A DNA stretch of 64,000 nucleotides, from the NCBI GenBank assembly GCA_051294905.1, contig CM119379.1, positions 18,848,001 through 18,912,000 of the forward strand, given 5' to 3'. This DNA is from Botryllus schlosseri (taxonomy: Eukaryota). The position numbers and the translations under genes were made by a program. This document shows, piece by piece, positions 1 through 13,703 of this stretch (the stretch's first letter is position 1; the number at the start of each line of letters is the position of its first letter). The notes under the pieces were generated by a model, which was not told where the DNA came from, ran no database searches, and saw only the letters and a program-made list of their open reading frames with translations.

Positions 1-388
1 TCTAGTACATTCTCCGTACTTCTTGCCGTGGATCTGGAAATGTCTCTCAGTAGTATAATACAGTTCCATTGCTTCCAGTACTAATGTCATCTACTGCGTC
101 CCGAATGGCTTTACTGCTTAAACCTGGCACATGTGCATGTGCATCGGAGCGACAAGGTGATAAGCTACATACGTGTCATTTTGAATTATAGCAAAGCCAG
201 GGTAATTTAATAACAACGGATTATATATCGAAGCGTGGTTAGTTATCAGGCCACCATATCGATCGTGAAAGACCACAAATAAATTACACAGTATACTGAG
301 TAGCCTATTTCTAATACTTATCTATCTGCCCGATGAATTTCATGGAACGAAATAGGCAGCTTGTATGACGTTCAAATATTATCTATAA

Positions 389-1094
389 CAGGGCTGGCCA
401 ACCTTTTCGGCCAAAGGGCCACATTCGATTGAGGAACATTCGCGCGGGCCACTATCCGCGCCAAGCGCGAAATTTTTTTGAAGTTCATAGGTCAATAATA
501 TTGTCACTAGACTATATTACGGGCCTGATGTATATCGCTGGGCTAAGTTTGCGAGGACTGGGCTATTCGGCGCATTGACATATCGATATCGAAAGCTGTG
601 ACCAACATGCGTCAATCATTTCGTGCCTAGGTTTCATGGTCGACGGTCTTACTGCGAGCGCAAACGCAAGGTCGCATATGTTAAACGACACTTTGTCTCG
701 TAATCCCGAATATAGTTAGACTCAATCTGATACATAAGGTGTTCTTCCATTTTCACAAAAGGGCAACAATATTAAAAACAAGAAATCGAGTGACAACATA
801 TTGCGCTAAGCTTGTAGAAAATTTTTACCTTTGATAAATCGATCGCAAATTATTCTGCTCTATTGTAGTGTACGAAGATATACCAATATGTGAATGGCTG
901 ATGGATCTGTCAATACGTTGGAACTGATATTATAGTCATCGCATCTCAAGTATTGCGGCCAGACTAATCAAATTTTTGGTTGGCCTTGCAAGCTCAAAAT
1001 CTGTGCAATCCATTTTTGATGATATTAGAAATTTCGGAAATTACCTCGCGGGCCACTCAAAACCTTCTCGCGAGCCACGGATTGGCCGGCCCTG
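389..1094. mobile_element. Non-autonomous hAT (Charlie-like) MITE, family A
   Basis: Termini CAGGGCTGGCCAA / ATTGGCCGGCCCTG. Perfect 8-bp TSD ATCTATAA at 381-388 and 1095-1102. Inverted near-identical copy at 45475-46146. Confidence 0.9.
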
Positions 1095-1555
1095 ATCTAT
1101 AACGACAACAACGCCGAAACTCTTCACTGTCTTTGTAATGATATGTTTATTAGAATATAAATTGTGAGTAGATATGCATAGAGCGAAGGTAAGAGCATCT
1201 TCATCAGGCCCTCTGCGTGCATCGCATATTTCACTAGCGTTACAGTTAAGGTTGGATGCTGATTCATTCACCACATGACTGCATTCATTTTTCGCAAAAC
1301 AATATAGTATCTGCCGAACTTTCCTTGCACAAATAACTTGGAACAGTGATATAGAATCTGATGAAGTAGGCTACAACTCAATCCGCGTCTCTGTTCCAGA
1401 ACTACGATGTGATATATTTTGACAAATCCTCATCGTGTCTTCGACGAGATCCACGCTGTTTGCTGGATATCATCAACAGAAAGACGTATCCAGGATCTTT
1501 TGGGGAGGGTATGTTTTTGACAACGGCGTGCAGACTTGTACAAACTGAACATTCG

Positions 1556-1733
1556 GCTAGTTGATGGTCAACTAACTGACGGTTTTTCGAGTATAGTTCT
1601 AGTTCTAGCTCTAGTTGCAGATTTTGAAAATAGAGTAGTTCTAGTTGTAGTTTTAGTTGCGGATTTTTAAAATTGAGTAGTTCTAGTTTAGTTGCATATT
1701 TAAAAAAATATTAGTTGCCAAACAACTAGAAAA
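1556..1733. repeat. TAGTTC/TAGTTG-rich minisatellite-like repeat, probable MITE fragment
   Basis: Starts with hairpin TAGTTGATGGTCAACTAA, then ~35-45 bp units of (TAGTTC)n-GCGGATTTTGAAAAT. Same family as 3442-3776. Confidence 0.7.
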
Positions 1734-1774
1734 TACTGTCGTGGTTTTGGGCGACTTGAGATGCCGGTGTTCTG

Positions 1775-2290
1775 CAGGGTTGTAACGAAGTCACAAGCCT
1801 CCGAGTCACAAGTCAATCTCGCTTTTCAAGTTTCGACTCGAGTCAAGTCGAGTCATTTTCAACTCATCACCGAGTCAAGTCCGAGTCTAAGTCAGCGAGC
1901 AGAGGGTCGAGTCCGAATCATGGTATTATGACTTGAGTCCGAGTCCAAGTCATTGTGTTGATTGCTCAATTTCCACTTAAGTCTTGGTAAACCCACTTTT
2001 TATAACTCTGTTTGGTGATATGATATGATTCGCATTTATTATATACTAATTCTGCTCACTTTTACCAGTTTCTGGTCACATTTTTAATTACTGGTACCAA
2101 TGAACGAAATCCCTATAGTGTGGTTACTTTACTATTCTTCAAAATTACAATGAAATGTCGGTCTTGGCCGTTTCAATTTCGAGTCATATAACTTGGTTCA
2201 AGTCGTGCGCAATGACTCGGGTCAAGTCGTGTCAAATCGTGACATAAGTCGGACTCGAGTCGAGTCATGACTCGAGTCATTACAACCTTG
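1775..2290. mobile_element. hAT-type MITE with internal GACTCGAGTC/AGTCA arrays
   Basis: Termini CAGGGTTGTAA / TTACAACCTTG. Flanks GTGTTCTG and GTGTTGTG (8-bp TSD, 1 mismatch). Related to 60486-61474. Confidence 0.8.
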
Positions 2291-3064
2291 GTGTTGTGTT
2301 GAATGATGTTTGTGCAGCCATTGCTCGCTCAGAGCCATCACTGCTATATAACAGTGGCGTAGCCAGCGGGTGACTTTTTGGGGTCGGAATCTTACCCATT
2401 TCAAACTCTAATGCCCGTTCTTTTGAAATTTCGATTCAATGTCTGATATTTCCGATTAAATAAAAATTAATGTGTTGACTAGGAGAGTGAAATCTAGTTC
2501 TGTACGATTCTTAACCTTTATGGACTTGGGAACTCCTACGCCGCATATGGGCCACTATTTCTGAGTATGACAGGCAGGAAATACGTTGGCGAGCTAAGTC
2601 AAAAGCTTACACTATATTCCGCGGTGTATTAATTTCTAATAATTTATGAATTGAAAGCAATGAATTGCGTGGTTCACAAGCTTCTGGGGTGGATGAGTTA
2701 TTATTAGGCAATTAAGAATTTAGAGTCAAAGTACAAATATAAGATTTGTCCCACGTAATTATTCAAAACAATTGTAAACAAGAAATATCGTTAACTCTTT
2801 TTAATCACACTAACCCATGGACACGTCCTTCTATTAAGACAACAAAATGTATGGGATGTCACAGCTTGGTCACTATCCCGAGCGGTGTGCAGCTTGGTAC
2901 AATCGTCCTGTCGTTTTGGTAATTTCGCTGGCAGGTTTTCCGAATTCGTTTTCTCGCAGCCTCAGCCGAATGACTGCATGCTTATGTCATAATCCCGACT
3001 TAAATTAACCCATGTTATATCGACTTTATTATTAATATAGATTACGCCAGGGATCGACTACCCG

Positions 3065-3078
3065 TGGCACGCGTGCCA
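3065..3078. promoter_or_regulatory. Perfect 14-bp palindrome TGGCACGCGTGCCA, candidate Hes/Hey (class C) site
   Basis: Contains CACGCG on both strands with TGG/CCA flanks. A second TGGCACGC lies at about 3104. Confidence 0.4.
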
Positions 3079-3441
3079 TAAGTTGCGCGCATAATGATTT
3101 TCCATGGCACGCTAAATGATATGATGTACATTATTACAATCATGTTTCTTGTAAAAAGTGAAACAAAACTTTTCAAAATGGAAACAGCTCGAAGGTGAAT
3201 CCAAATTATTTCGTAAATCAACATGAAGTGCGGTCTTTTGGGACAAATTTTATTTTTCTTGATTATTTTTTTCGCACTTTCCACGTATATAGTCCGTATT
3301 TGGCCGGCGAGCCATAAAATGCCCAGGTATGCCCTACACTAATCGGGGAACCTCTAATTTTCAGTGAGTCACAAAACATAAGTCTACAACTACAACCAGT
3401 ACCAGTGAAGCTACTCAGACAGACATGTATGAGCTACCCCT

Positions 3442-3776
3442 TTAGTTGGTGGTCAACTAATTAACGGTTTTTCTAGTAGTACTAGTACTAGTTCAAGTTC
3501 TAGTTGCTGAGTTTGAAAATTGAATAGTTGTAGTTATAATTGCGGCTATTGAAAATTGGGTATAGCTCTAGCACTAGTTCTATAGTTTCGGATTTTGAAA
3601 ATCGGGTTTGGTTATAGTTCTAGTTCTAGTTATAGTTGTTGGTTTTAAAAATTGAGTATAGTTCAGTTCTAGCTGCGGATTTTGAAGATCGGGTAGTTTA
3701 GTTATAGTTATAGTTGCGAGTTTTAAAAATTGAGTAGTTCTAGTTCCAGTTGTGCTTTTTGAAAATCCAGTAGTTT
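3442..3776. repeat. TAGTTC-rich minisatellite-like repeat, second copy
   Basis: Same head TTAGTTGGTGGTCAACTAA and unit structure as 1556-1733. Confidence 0.7.
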
Positions 3777-4180
3777 GTACAAGTCTGACGGCGTGACGAC
3801 ATGATTATCCATTGCGACGAAATGGAACTGAATGACGTCACGATGTACAAGTCTGATATCTGAAGGGGGCATGGGTGCCGTGCACTCCTCGACACGCCAC
3901 TGCAAATAGACATAATCATAATGAGTCAACATACGTATGTAGCATATTACTATGTTATACGTAATTAGGTTAAGGCTTTTGTTTCATCGTCAATGTGCTC
4001 CGTCAACCCAAACGATCGCATATTACGGTAAAGGCACGAAATTACGGTACGATAATTCACCGTACCGTGTTGCTGGTACGGTACGATATTCTACAATACT
4101 GCGCTAGAAGGTTAGGACAAAATTCATGGAACGAATTACAGTAAATATCATCGTACAGTTCCGTGCGTCTTATAATTGAA

Positions 4181-4329
4181 TGAAATAAACCCGAATGTTT
4201 TCGGCTGACACTCATCGCGGGTATACTCGTCAGAAAGTAGTAGAAGTAGAGCATTGGAAAGAACATTGTTGATGATAATTACCCCTGGACCCTGACGAGT
4301 GTCAGCCGAAAATAGTAAGGTTTATTTCA
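4181..4329. repeat. Inverted repeat with ~42-bp arms
   Basis: Arms 4181-4222 and 4289-4329. Perfect 16-bp core TTTTCGGCTGACACTC / GAGTGTCAGCCGAAAA. Confidence 0.7.
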
Positions 4330-7087
4330 ATATATTATTTCAATAATATATTACTTCTAATCTCAGCCAATTTGCATCAATGTTGACGGAGCTGATGGCA
4401 TTGACGTTTTACGAAAAAACACGAATGCGATGATATCGAGCGGATTTATATTGGATATGGATATACAGAAGCAGTTCTCGAACTCAGGTACACTCTGCAA
4501 TGTTGACTGGCGGACATGGGTAACAGGCAGCCTATGCGTTTCTGATAGCTATTTATCATGTGCGCAATCCAGGCGCTCCGTAACCATTAAATCTTCTTTG
4601 GGTTGTTTAACTAAAGTGGAGAGGTAAGTATGTATGGCGCGTGACAGACGTTTCGTGAATATTTTAAACTTCAAAGGATTAACACGATTAATTTATTAAC
4701 GGTTAATGTGATACGCGTAATCCGTAGCGGCGACTTTTATACGTAAATGTTACCGACGCCTACTTGCTACTCAGCTTCAGCAAGGGCCTTTGACAATGAT
4801 ATATTGTGAAATAGGCTAACCATTATAAATAGCGTGCGTCAAAATGTCGAATGTCGATTATAGGTAAACAGCTTTCTTTACCCCCGGAAAAGTCTATTAT
4901 CCCACTCTGCTTCGAAGTCTAGTCGAAAAAGACTTAATTCCGACTGATTAAATGTTGGAAGCCTCGGGATAACTGTGCTGTTCATATTGTGGCGGGTTTT
5001 CCATGCTAACATACCTATACAATCGCAAGCCTCAAAATGGTAGGCGCAGCCGGGAGACCATCGTGACCAAGGTGACTTTCAAATGTTAATAGCTTGGAGC
5101 AGCGTGTGGCCTTCGCTATTTTGTTGTGGTACCAACATTGTGACCTACCATCACTGTCGAAAATAATGTATTTATGAAAATTAGTAATTGAGAACAAATA
5201 ATTAAACGAATACTCGAGGTTGAGGCGTGGAAAGTTGTATTTACCGGTTCGAAAAACGTTCATAGTCGATTCGATACATTTGACACAAATGCTGTGTTTG
5301 CACATCATTGCTCTTCAATCTTCATATGTCTTGGCGATTTGATAACAAAGTGTCACGAACTTTTGAAACGCGCCCTGCCAGACTACAAATTTCAGAGTGT
5401 CTTATCGTGTTTGCGCATTATTAACACTATCAAGTGTCTCTTCCCATTGAATGTATTCAGTTATCTGACCTTTATTTATCTTCATAATTCCATACAAAAG
5501 GACTGGCGGCGTGACATAGATTTTTGTGTAAGCAGACAATAACTGGACACGACAACGTGCGTTTACTTGGCCACAACTAGAATTGAAGTTATATATGTTT
5601 ATAGTCATGACTGGTTGTGTACAAACGATTGCGTCATGGGGAGTATAAGTTTCTGGTGCGGTTCGCAACATGCACGGAGCGACTTTCGAGACGTGCCCGC
5701 AATTGAACTCACCGGACACTCTTCGGCGTCACCATACGATAGAAGGTAGTCTCACTCGCTAGTACATTTGGGTTTAGGGTACACCTACACAGGGATGGAA
5801 TTTTGGTTGTGTAGGCCTTTGTATTGCTTTGAGGTTTATATGCGTGTACTATCATTCAAGTTTGAAACAAGATAACTTCATTCCGGAAAATGTTTAAACA
5901 AAAACGGTGCTACGTGCTTATTGGAAGTGCACACATACTCTCAACGCGATAGCATTTCCGGTACTGATACTTGAGGAATTCAGCAATTACCGGGCATAGA
6001 GTTTTGTAGCGTTAATTGTCAGACGACAATTTTAGCATAAATAAATGTCCCTATTTTCTGAAAATAGCTTTTACACAAAGCAAAAAAAAAAAACTGCAAA
6101 GCAAAAGCAAAAAACTGCTCTCGAAGCGTAATTCCCAATTATGAAAAACCTAAAGGCGTTTTGTCTACCCTTCTCAGCGAAAGTATACACAAAATTATTG
6201 GTCACAGTATTAGAAACAGTCAAGACACTTTGAAATGGTATATTGGCGTACGCAAGCAACCGACGAGAGGGTGATTATTATCAAATTATTGCGGGGTGAA
6301 TGACTCACCAACATATTCATATTGACTATATTTGATTTGATTTGACTTGAGTTCTCTGCACTACGTGGTGATAAATAAAGACCAAATATACCTGTAGGGT
6401 TTCTTGTTTGAATTGTAGAATCAGTTCGCAGAATCAGTTCGCATTAATGCACAGACAGTACTTTGGCGAATCATTTCGTTTGGGCGATTCTAAATTTGGA
6501 CACAAAATATTGATATACAGTCAACACCATTGTTCCTATCCTTTCCGGTTGTTTGCCTGGCTCCGGAAATACCCGTCACTTTTTGAAAACAATTCAGCGT
6601 TATTCGAGATGAAATTGTTATCACATGCACATACGGTATACTTTTCTCGGCATGATCGTCACATACTTCCTGATAATAGCTGAACAAAGTTGAATCAACA
6701 ATTTGTGTCGATTCCGTGGATACGTCGGTTTTAAAGTTTTTGCTGTGCACCCTATATAAATATCTGTATGTGACCGCTGGTATTAAAGGTGCAACATCGG
6801 GGATAATCAGGTTAGTGTTTAGTATTGTCGGTCACTCAAATATGTTTTTTCGTCAACTTCTTAGCTATGGTCATATGAAGCATTATATCCGGGCGGAGAA
6901 TCACTATAAGCACTAATAGTGTTATTAGTATTATGATACAACGACGACAGTGACGCTTATTGCTTCATCAAGCGTACGCCCTCACAGTGCAACTCGCATT
7001 GAATAGAATCGCTCCTCACTGACCGAGTTAAAAATAGACTATAGTAACACGCTACCCGCACAAATACGCGGGGTGGGATCAGCCAAG

Positions 7088-7585
7088 TAGGGTTACATTT
7101 AAAACAAATGATTGTTAATTTTTTTTAAAGATGTACAATTATGCTATAATTGTGTAAATATTTTCCAAAGACATATTGTCTGAGCCACGGACAACGATTA
7201 CCACCCGATCTAACCAACGTATACGATATTGGATGGTTGAAACCCTCGATGTAGTCGGGTCAACAGCCATAGTACGTAGATATAGTTCATTGGTACAGAA
7301 AGAATGTTGAGGTGATGATGACCGCCCAATGTAAAAATGCTGCATGACGATGTAGTAGTGGTTAATGATAAATTTGGTCCGTATATGACAGGGGTTGGAA
7401 GTCTATTACGTCAAAGGAGCCATATTCATCCTATATTTTCAATTGTGAATATGTATCCACTATGACGTCACAATTGAATATGCATAACGTCATGGCTTCG
7501 AAAAAAACACAATAAAAAACACGTTTGAAACAAGAGCTTTAAACATGCTTGTTTTAAATTTATTTTTGTTTTAAACACAACCCTA
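7088..7585. mobile_element. hAT-type MITE, family R
   Basis: Termini TAGGGTT / AACCCTA. Internal sequence aligns in reverse with 45202-46259. TSD decayed (5/8 match). Confidence 0.7.
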
Positions 7586-9703
7586 GAGTCAGGGCTTGTG
7601 CATTGCATGGAGAGACGCAATGCGAGAAAAACTTCCAGTGCACCAACGCAAGCGGCAGTATATATTTGATAGATGCACGGCAATTGTCAGCTGCGCCAAG
7701 AAATTGCTAAGCGATATCCTATGAGTGAAGGACCATTTGATATGATAGGGATTGATATTATACACCTTTTTCGACGCTTCGTGATACTTACGCAAACAAA
7801 TAGTAACAGCGAAATACAAAACAAGCTATGCTCGACTTTCAGGAAACCGGAATCAATGCTATCGCTTTTCCAAAACATTAGGCCTCGTGCAATCACTGGG
7901 TTGAGCAAGTACAATGTACTGCGCCCATAGAGCGTTCACGCTTTTACCTTCGAAGTTTGCTCGTGAATTTCGTGACACGAAATGAGGCATCAATCTATTT
8001 TACTTGCGCTTATAGCAGAACCAAGATCTTGAAAGTGGAAATAACTGAATAATGTTATTGACGAACAAATTAATTTCATCACTGATCAACAGCAATGGAC
8101 ATCATCCTACTAAACCTCGTATATAAGAATTCTCGGTAACCAGCCTACGCTGTGCAGAGTGTGCACTGTGCACCGAGCAGACATGAACTCTAAATACAGC
8201 AGCTGCCACGGTGGACAGCGTCTCTTTTCTGTAGCGAAAAAAGCATTTGTAGGTCAAGAAAAGATTTTCGAGTTGATCGCTGACATTAAGAATACCTTCG
8301 GTATAATCGTATAAAAACCTTCAACCAAGGTAAATGTGGTGAGATTTATCCGTGCCGGACTCCACATTGGCGTGAATCGACAGATCATGCGCGATAAAAG
8401 AACATTGTGTCAACGTGTTAAACCACTTATATCTATTTTTATTTATATCTCTAACAAGGGAAAAAAGAAGTGCGGTCTCCAGTTGTATCGTAATCACGCT
8501 GGAGTTTTCAAATTTAAAACAACGAGAATTTAGAGATTTTCTGGCGATGACATCGGTGTTGATATCAAACGATAACAGATTTTGTAAATCCGGTAACGTT
8601 TCAAACCATTTCGGAGCTAAAAGTAAATTGTACAATCAAACGTATCCAGGAATCCGGAACTGAAATACGAAAGTTTCAATCCAGAATACAATCGCTTTAA
8701 GTGAACTAATAGTTCAATTGATTATCTCGCTAAATATGTGATTTGTTATGAAATGCCATGGGATCACAATCACAGCATTAACCTATCCATATACAACATA
8801 CCCATCCACGTCTACTAGTGTCTTAAGAACCGCAACAAATCAACAAACCGCTTCAATAACATCCGTAAGCATGGTGTGTTCGAGGGTAATTCGGACGCTA
8901 TCAGTATACTTGCAAGAGATCTTAGAAATTCCATACCATGATTGATAATTTTTCACGTTTCAGTTTTGAATTGCTTTCCGCATCGTATCAACGGCATCAT
9001 ACGATTATACTCCTGCCCAGATTAAACTATAGCAAGATGGACAAATGTGAAGGTTCAGACCAGATCGCAAAGCTGGTATCCACGGACTTCCTGTTATGCG
9101 GTCGGCACTTCGGAATTGCGTGAAAAGGAAAAGTGTTGGTGCTGACGCAATAACTAAACGAGTACTTTGTCGCTCCATTGTCAAATTACAACTTTGGAGT
9201 GGTCAAAATCAAATTGATGATGCCCCTCGTTTTCTTGTCCGGAAAACGAGTATGCCCGCTAATTAAGCGAGTTATGAATGTATTTCACAATTCATATGCG
9301 TCATGTGACACCTCAGTTGTTGAAGCTGTGCCTGTACAAAAGCGACATATACCCATCGAACCACCAGAATTCTTTTCAATTGGCATTGTTAGCAACTCTA
9401 ATGCAACGAGCTCCGAAAACACTGAAAACTACGCATCACCATATAGATTATTATAGATGTATACAGTGCGAGACCAAGGTGATGTGATTTCGGCATATTC
9501 AAGTGAGGTAAAGAGATAAAGCTTATTAAAGTGATAGCGGGCCGTGCTCTAAGTTCGGAGTTCTAAACAATAACAACCGCAGCACAGTCAAGCATTGAAT
9601 AATTAACTTAGCTAGGTTAATAAACTAACTTCAAACAATTGTTTACTCTAGGTAATTGATACGTCATAGTAATCGAAACCCTTTTCATTCTCTCGCCAGT
9701 ACG

Positions 9704-9710
9704 TATAAAG
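9704..9710 (+). promoter_or_regulatory. Candidate TATA box of Id-A
   Basis: TATAAAG about 108 nt upstream of the ATG at 9812. Confidence 0.5.
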
Positions 9711-9811
9711 AAGGAAAAGGAGAGATTTCTCTTCAATAAAAATCTATCGACCCAAGCTCTGTAAGTTATAGACATTGAGGTGTTAGTCGTACGGGAATTC
9801 CTACAAAGAAA

Positions 9812-10144
9812 ATGGGAAAGTCACCATTGCAATGCGACTGTGAGCTGAAAGAAAAATCTTCGGCGCTCCAAGCTCTGCCTTACGCGCCCGATGGGGGCGG
9901 ATTAGACGCGGTGGAAGAGGAATATGAAGTCAGTCGATTGCTGCACGAACTCATGGCTATTATTCCGAAGAAAAGTGAAAAGAGCCCGTCTGAGGCAGTT
10001 CGAGAAACCGATACCGTAGCCGGCGTTATCGACTACATACTGTATCTTGAAAAGCAAGTCGGGCACGAAACGACCGCCATGTTGAAGAGGAAGATGTGTC
10101 TCGAATTCCGCAGATTGCTACGACGTAAATCATCCGACGCATGA
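9812..10144 (+). CDS. Id: Id/emc-like HLH protein lacking a basic region (Id-A), divergent, 110 aa, apparently single exon
   Basis: Helix 1 EVSRLLHELMAIIP, loop, helix 2 ...VIDYILYLEKQV carrying the Id-type VIDYI signature. An acidic rather than basic stretch precedes helix 1. N-terminus MGKSP resembles Id-B MGKAISP. TATA upstream; AATAAA at 10915-10920. Confidence 0.8.
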   Translation: MGKSPLQCDCELKEKSSALQALPYAPDGGGLDAVEEEYEVSRLLHELMAIIPKKSEKSPSEAVRETDTVAGVIDYILYLEKQVGHETTAMLKRKMCLEFRRLLRRKSSDA

Positions 10145-13140
10145 AAACTAAGGCGGCGCAGCTATGCCGGAGAAATGCAAGGGTATCCGCGGAAGCGGAT
10201 TGCGAATCACTGTAAAGTTTGCCAAACAGTAACTATGCATCGTTTACTGACAATATGTGAAGGTTCGCCCAGAATGACAAAGGCCAAGGTGGGCACTGGT
10301 TTCCAAGATGGTGGATGGTGGAAGTTTTTTGACATCGTATACGGGTTACATCTGATTTATAGTTTGTTGTACTTTTCGCCATTTGTTAATTATATAATCT
10401 TGAATGCCACGGAAAACACGTTTTATATCGAATGTATGTTTCGAAGCTTCGGAGATATAAGTTCAGTCAGTGCCAGCGGTGACGAAGCGTAGCATATCAT
10501 GGGTGAACGCTGCATGGGAACTGGGTATTGCGCATATATCCGTTGTCTATAGCGCTCACAAGTGCGACCGGAACATTCTCAGGAGTAATTCAGGCGTTCT
10601 TGTTCTACCGCAAAGTAATTCAATAGATATGTGTAATGACTATGGTCACTGCGATATTGAGTTGGCCAAGAGCAGAGCAATCGTAACAAACGTGGATATT
10701 GATCTTAATCGGGTATCTGCGATAGCTACCACTAGTGATGCGCCTACGTATGTCTGCAAGTGGTTGGATCAGGGATTCCAAACTGTGTGCCGCCCCATAA
10801 TCTCAGGTATTCCGCGAATCTATCTATAATTTGGAATATGACTGCACAATACTTTCAGGGCGGATGTATTGCTTCGTATCCGGATATGACCAACAACCCC
10901 TCTGCATTATCTGCAATAAATCCTTAGTTAACGAGTTTCCAGGAAGCTTAACAGAAATTTGAAGAAAAATCATGCAAAATTACATAATAAACCTAAAGGA
11001 TATTTCGCGCACATGAAGTCATGACTTTAGCTACTAGCTCATGATCGCTCCAAAAGCAATCAAAATCATATGGCCATTAGCATTTTCGTGAATATATGAA
11101 TATCGCTTTTATGTTTTGGCTGGAATTAAAAGCTCGAAACGACGGAAATACATGTATGTTTGTCAGCAAAACAGCAATGCAACATCGTTTCAGTCGCAGA
11201 CATGATCGTGTTCGTATAAACAAGCTCATCAAATATTTTTCTAGTGTGCCACAAGTTAAAAAGGTCTGACATCCAGTGCGCCAGATAACCAAAATCAGCG
11301 GATAATCTTTCGCGTACGTTACGAGGTAGGCTGAATCTATCGTAAGGCGTAATGATGTTAACGGTTCGTCAAAAGGGCCTGGCAATATGATTCCACGTTG
11401 ATACAAAAGCACGAATGAAGATGTCCAAGCGCAATCGCCAACATCGAATACTGTTTAGTGTTTACTGACGTGCTGTCGCAAGCCAAGCGACTTATCGAAA
11501 CGGCACATGAGAACCGTCTACCGGTGCCCAGGAGGCGACTTCACACGAGCCAGATGCTGAGCCGGGATAACGCACGGATATGCGACAGCATTGCAACTGT
11601 TCTCTGTATCGCAACAGTCGCGTGACTCGCGTTTGTGACAACTGTCGTGACGACATCTGCACTGGGCAACTGTATTGATAATCTAACCGTATCCTTCCAC
11701 GTCACCGCTGTGCAGCGTCACCGACTCAGGAATATCGGCCATACGCCTTGCAAGCGGTAATGAATGATGGGGTTTACAGTGCCTAATCCGCATGAGTCAA
11801 TAAGTCATCTTGAATCATCAGTATTGGTATTTTACTATGATTACCACCGAAAAAATAAATACCGCTCATCTTGGAATGTACCGCTGCCGGTAGACAATGT
11901 AACTAACAATTTATGTGTGATAAGACTAGTAATGCATGGCACCCGACAACATCTAACCCCAAATGAGCGATACCAAAAGTCTACGATAGTTGACAGGTGA
12001 GATCAATCCATGACCTTTCGTTACCGTGGAAGAAACGTTACTACTTTTAATTTCTATCATATTTTTAATAGGCCAATTTCCAAGTCAGTTTTAGTAAGTC
12101 CCCCTCGATCAGTTAATGCGTAAGATCAGAGGCCGGTTAGTAGCCTCTTTGCCAAATGCAATTTCTGTCAGTTGTCTTTGAATGTTAAACTCTATGAGAA
12201 TTTGAACTGATATGTATCAGTCTGTGCACCGTCAGCTACCTTCAGCGGGAGCTAACATCAGCTAAGTGAGCGTCTTGGTCCGTATAAGCTTTTTATGTCT
12301 GGGTTTCGGTGAAATCATAGCCTCACAGTGAAACCGTGACGCTTCATTTCCATTAAAATATGTATTCCGATTTCATCCCGAGTACTTCACTACCATCCCA
12401 CGTAGCATGTATTTTATATGCGTCACAAGCAGTGACGTGCGGTCCAATGAGGCGGGTGAGGCAGTGCCTCACCTGTCGTCTGGGTGAGTAAGTGAAAATC
12501 GTGAAAACCCTCGATGAGTCGATGATTATTGATGTTTTACATCGATGTTTATAAATAACTAAATTTGAACATTTTATTCAGCCAACATCATCAATTTGCA
12601 TTATTATTAAAAATACTGCGCGAAAGGAGAAGTGAGGCACGGGCGGATCGTGCCTCACCTGCGACAATGCAATTCCTCATAAATAGCTCGGAATTCATAA
12701 TAACTGGTATCAATCAATGCTATCGTCACACTGATTCCGAAAATCCAAATATTTACATTGTCAGGAGTGTCAGGGCACCAGATCCCCCCAAAATTGTCAA
12801 AGACGGTGACATTAGGTTTTATTACCGACAATGCTATCGCAGAGAAACAATGGCCAGGTGAGGCACAAACGAATCTGCCTTATGCACTATTCGCTAACAA
12901 TTGGACAATCGAAGCGCAGTAAAACACGCTATCGATTTCGGAATGCAACAGTTTTGTGGGAATTACATAGCCGCGACGGCCAATACGTAATGCAGAGCCA
13001 ATACATTCCCTTACTTATGTAGCTGTTATGTATTTTCCATCCACACCTACATACCTTACGGTATGTGATAGCCACTTGCATAGGCTTCATTGTTGTTGTC
13101 TGTGTCCTTTATGCTGTGTTCGACTGCTATACCTATACAA

Positions 13141-13703
13141 TAGAGGTCGACCGATTATCGACATGGCCGATTATCTAGGTCGATATTTAGAGCTTTCTCG
13201 ATTAGCGATATCGGCCTATGAAGGCCGATATCGCGGCCGATATTTTATATTTGAAAAAAATTCAAAAATTTCGGAAATTCAATGCTCCGTGTTCTCAATC
13301 TCAAGAAATCGACTATGCAAATGGCGATATATGACAGATTACCCTTGCAGGACGAGTTTAGCTGGGTGAGCATGCAGAGAAACAATGCTTCCTGCATTAC
13401 AATTTACCTTTTCTGGACTGATCTGCAATTCTGTATCATATTTTGCTTTTTGAGTTATCCCAAATTTCATCGAATGTGCACAATTAAGCAATAATTCTTT
13501 TCAATTTCAGTTTTCTCGTTTGTTGTTCAGCTTTCTGTGGCATGTACAAGTGCCATCTTGCCTAATATATAATATTTTTGGTGAAATTGTTCTCTGCCCC
13601 TTCCATATTAATATGGGCCTATGATATCGGTATCGGCCTTGTGAGTGAGCCGATATATCGGTATCGGTATCGGCCTGTAAAAATCAATATCGGTCGACCT
13701 CTA
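13141..13703. mobile_element. hAT MITE with ATCGGC arrays, nested in 12430-14231
   Basis: 15-bp TIR TAGAGGTCGACCGAT. Perfect TSD CTATACAA at 13133-13140 and 13704-13711. Confidence 0.92.

Noticed and set aside
8938-9123. THAP-like LLCGRHF motif and possible P-element/THAP9 remnants at 7900-8700 and 11077-11412
   Set aside because: No N-terminal CxxxC/W of a THAP domain, no TIR or TSD, and the similarity is too weak to support without a profile search.
10470-10829. 119-aa ORF downstream of Id-A as a separate gene or exon
   Set aside because: Non-ATG start, no recognisable domain, and it lies within the likely 3'UTR before AATAAA at 10915.
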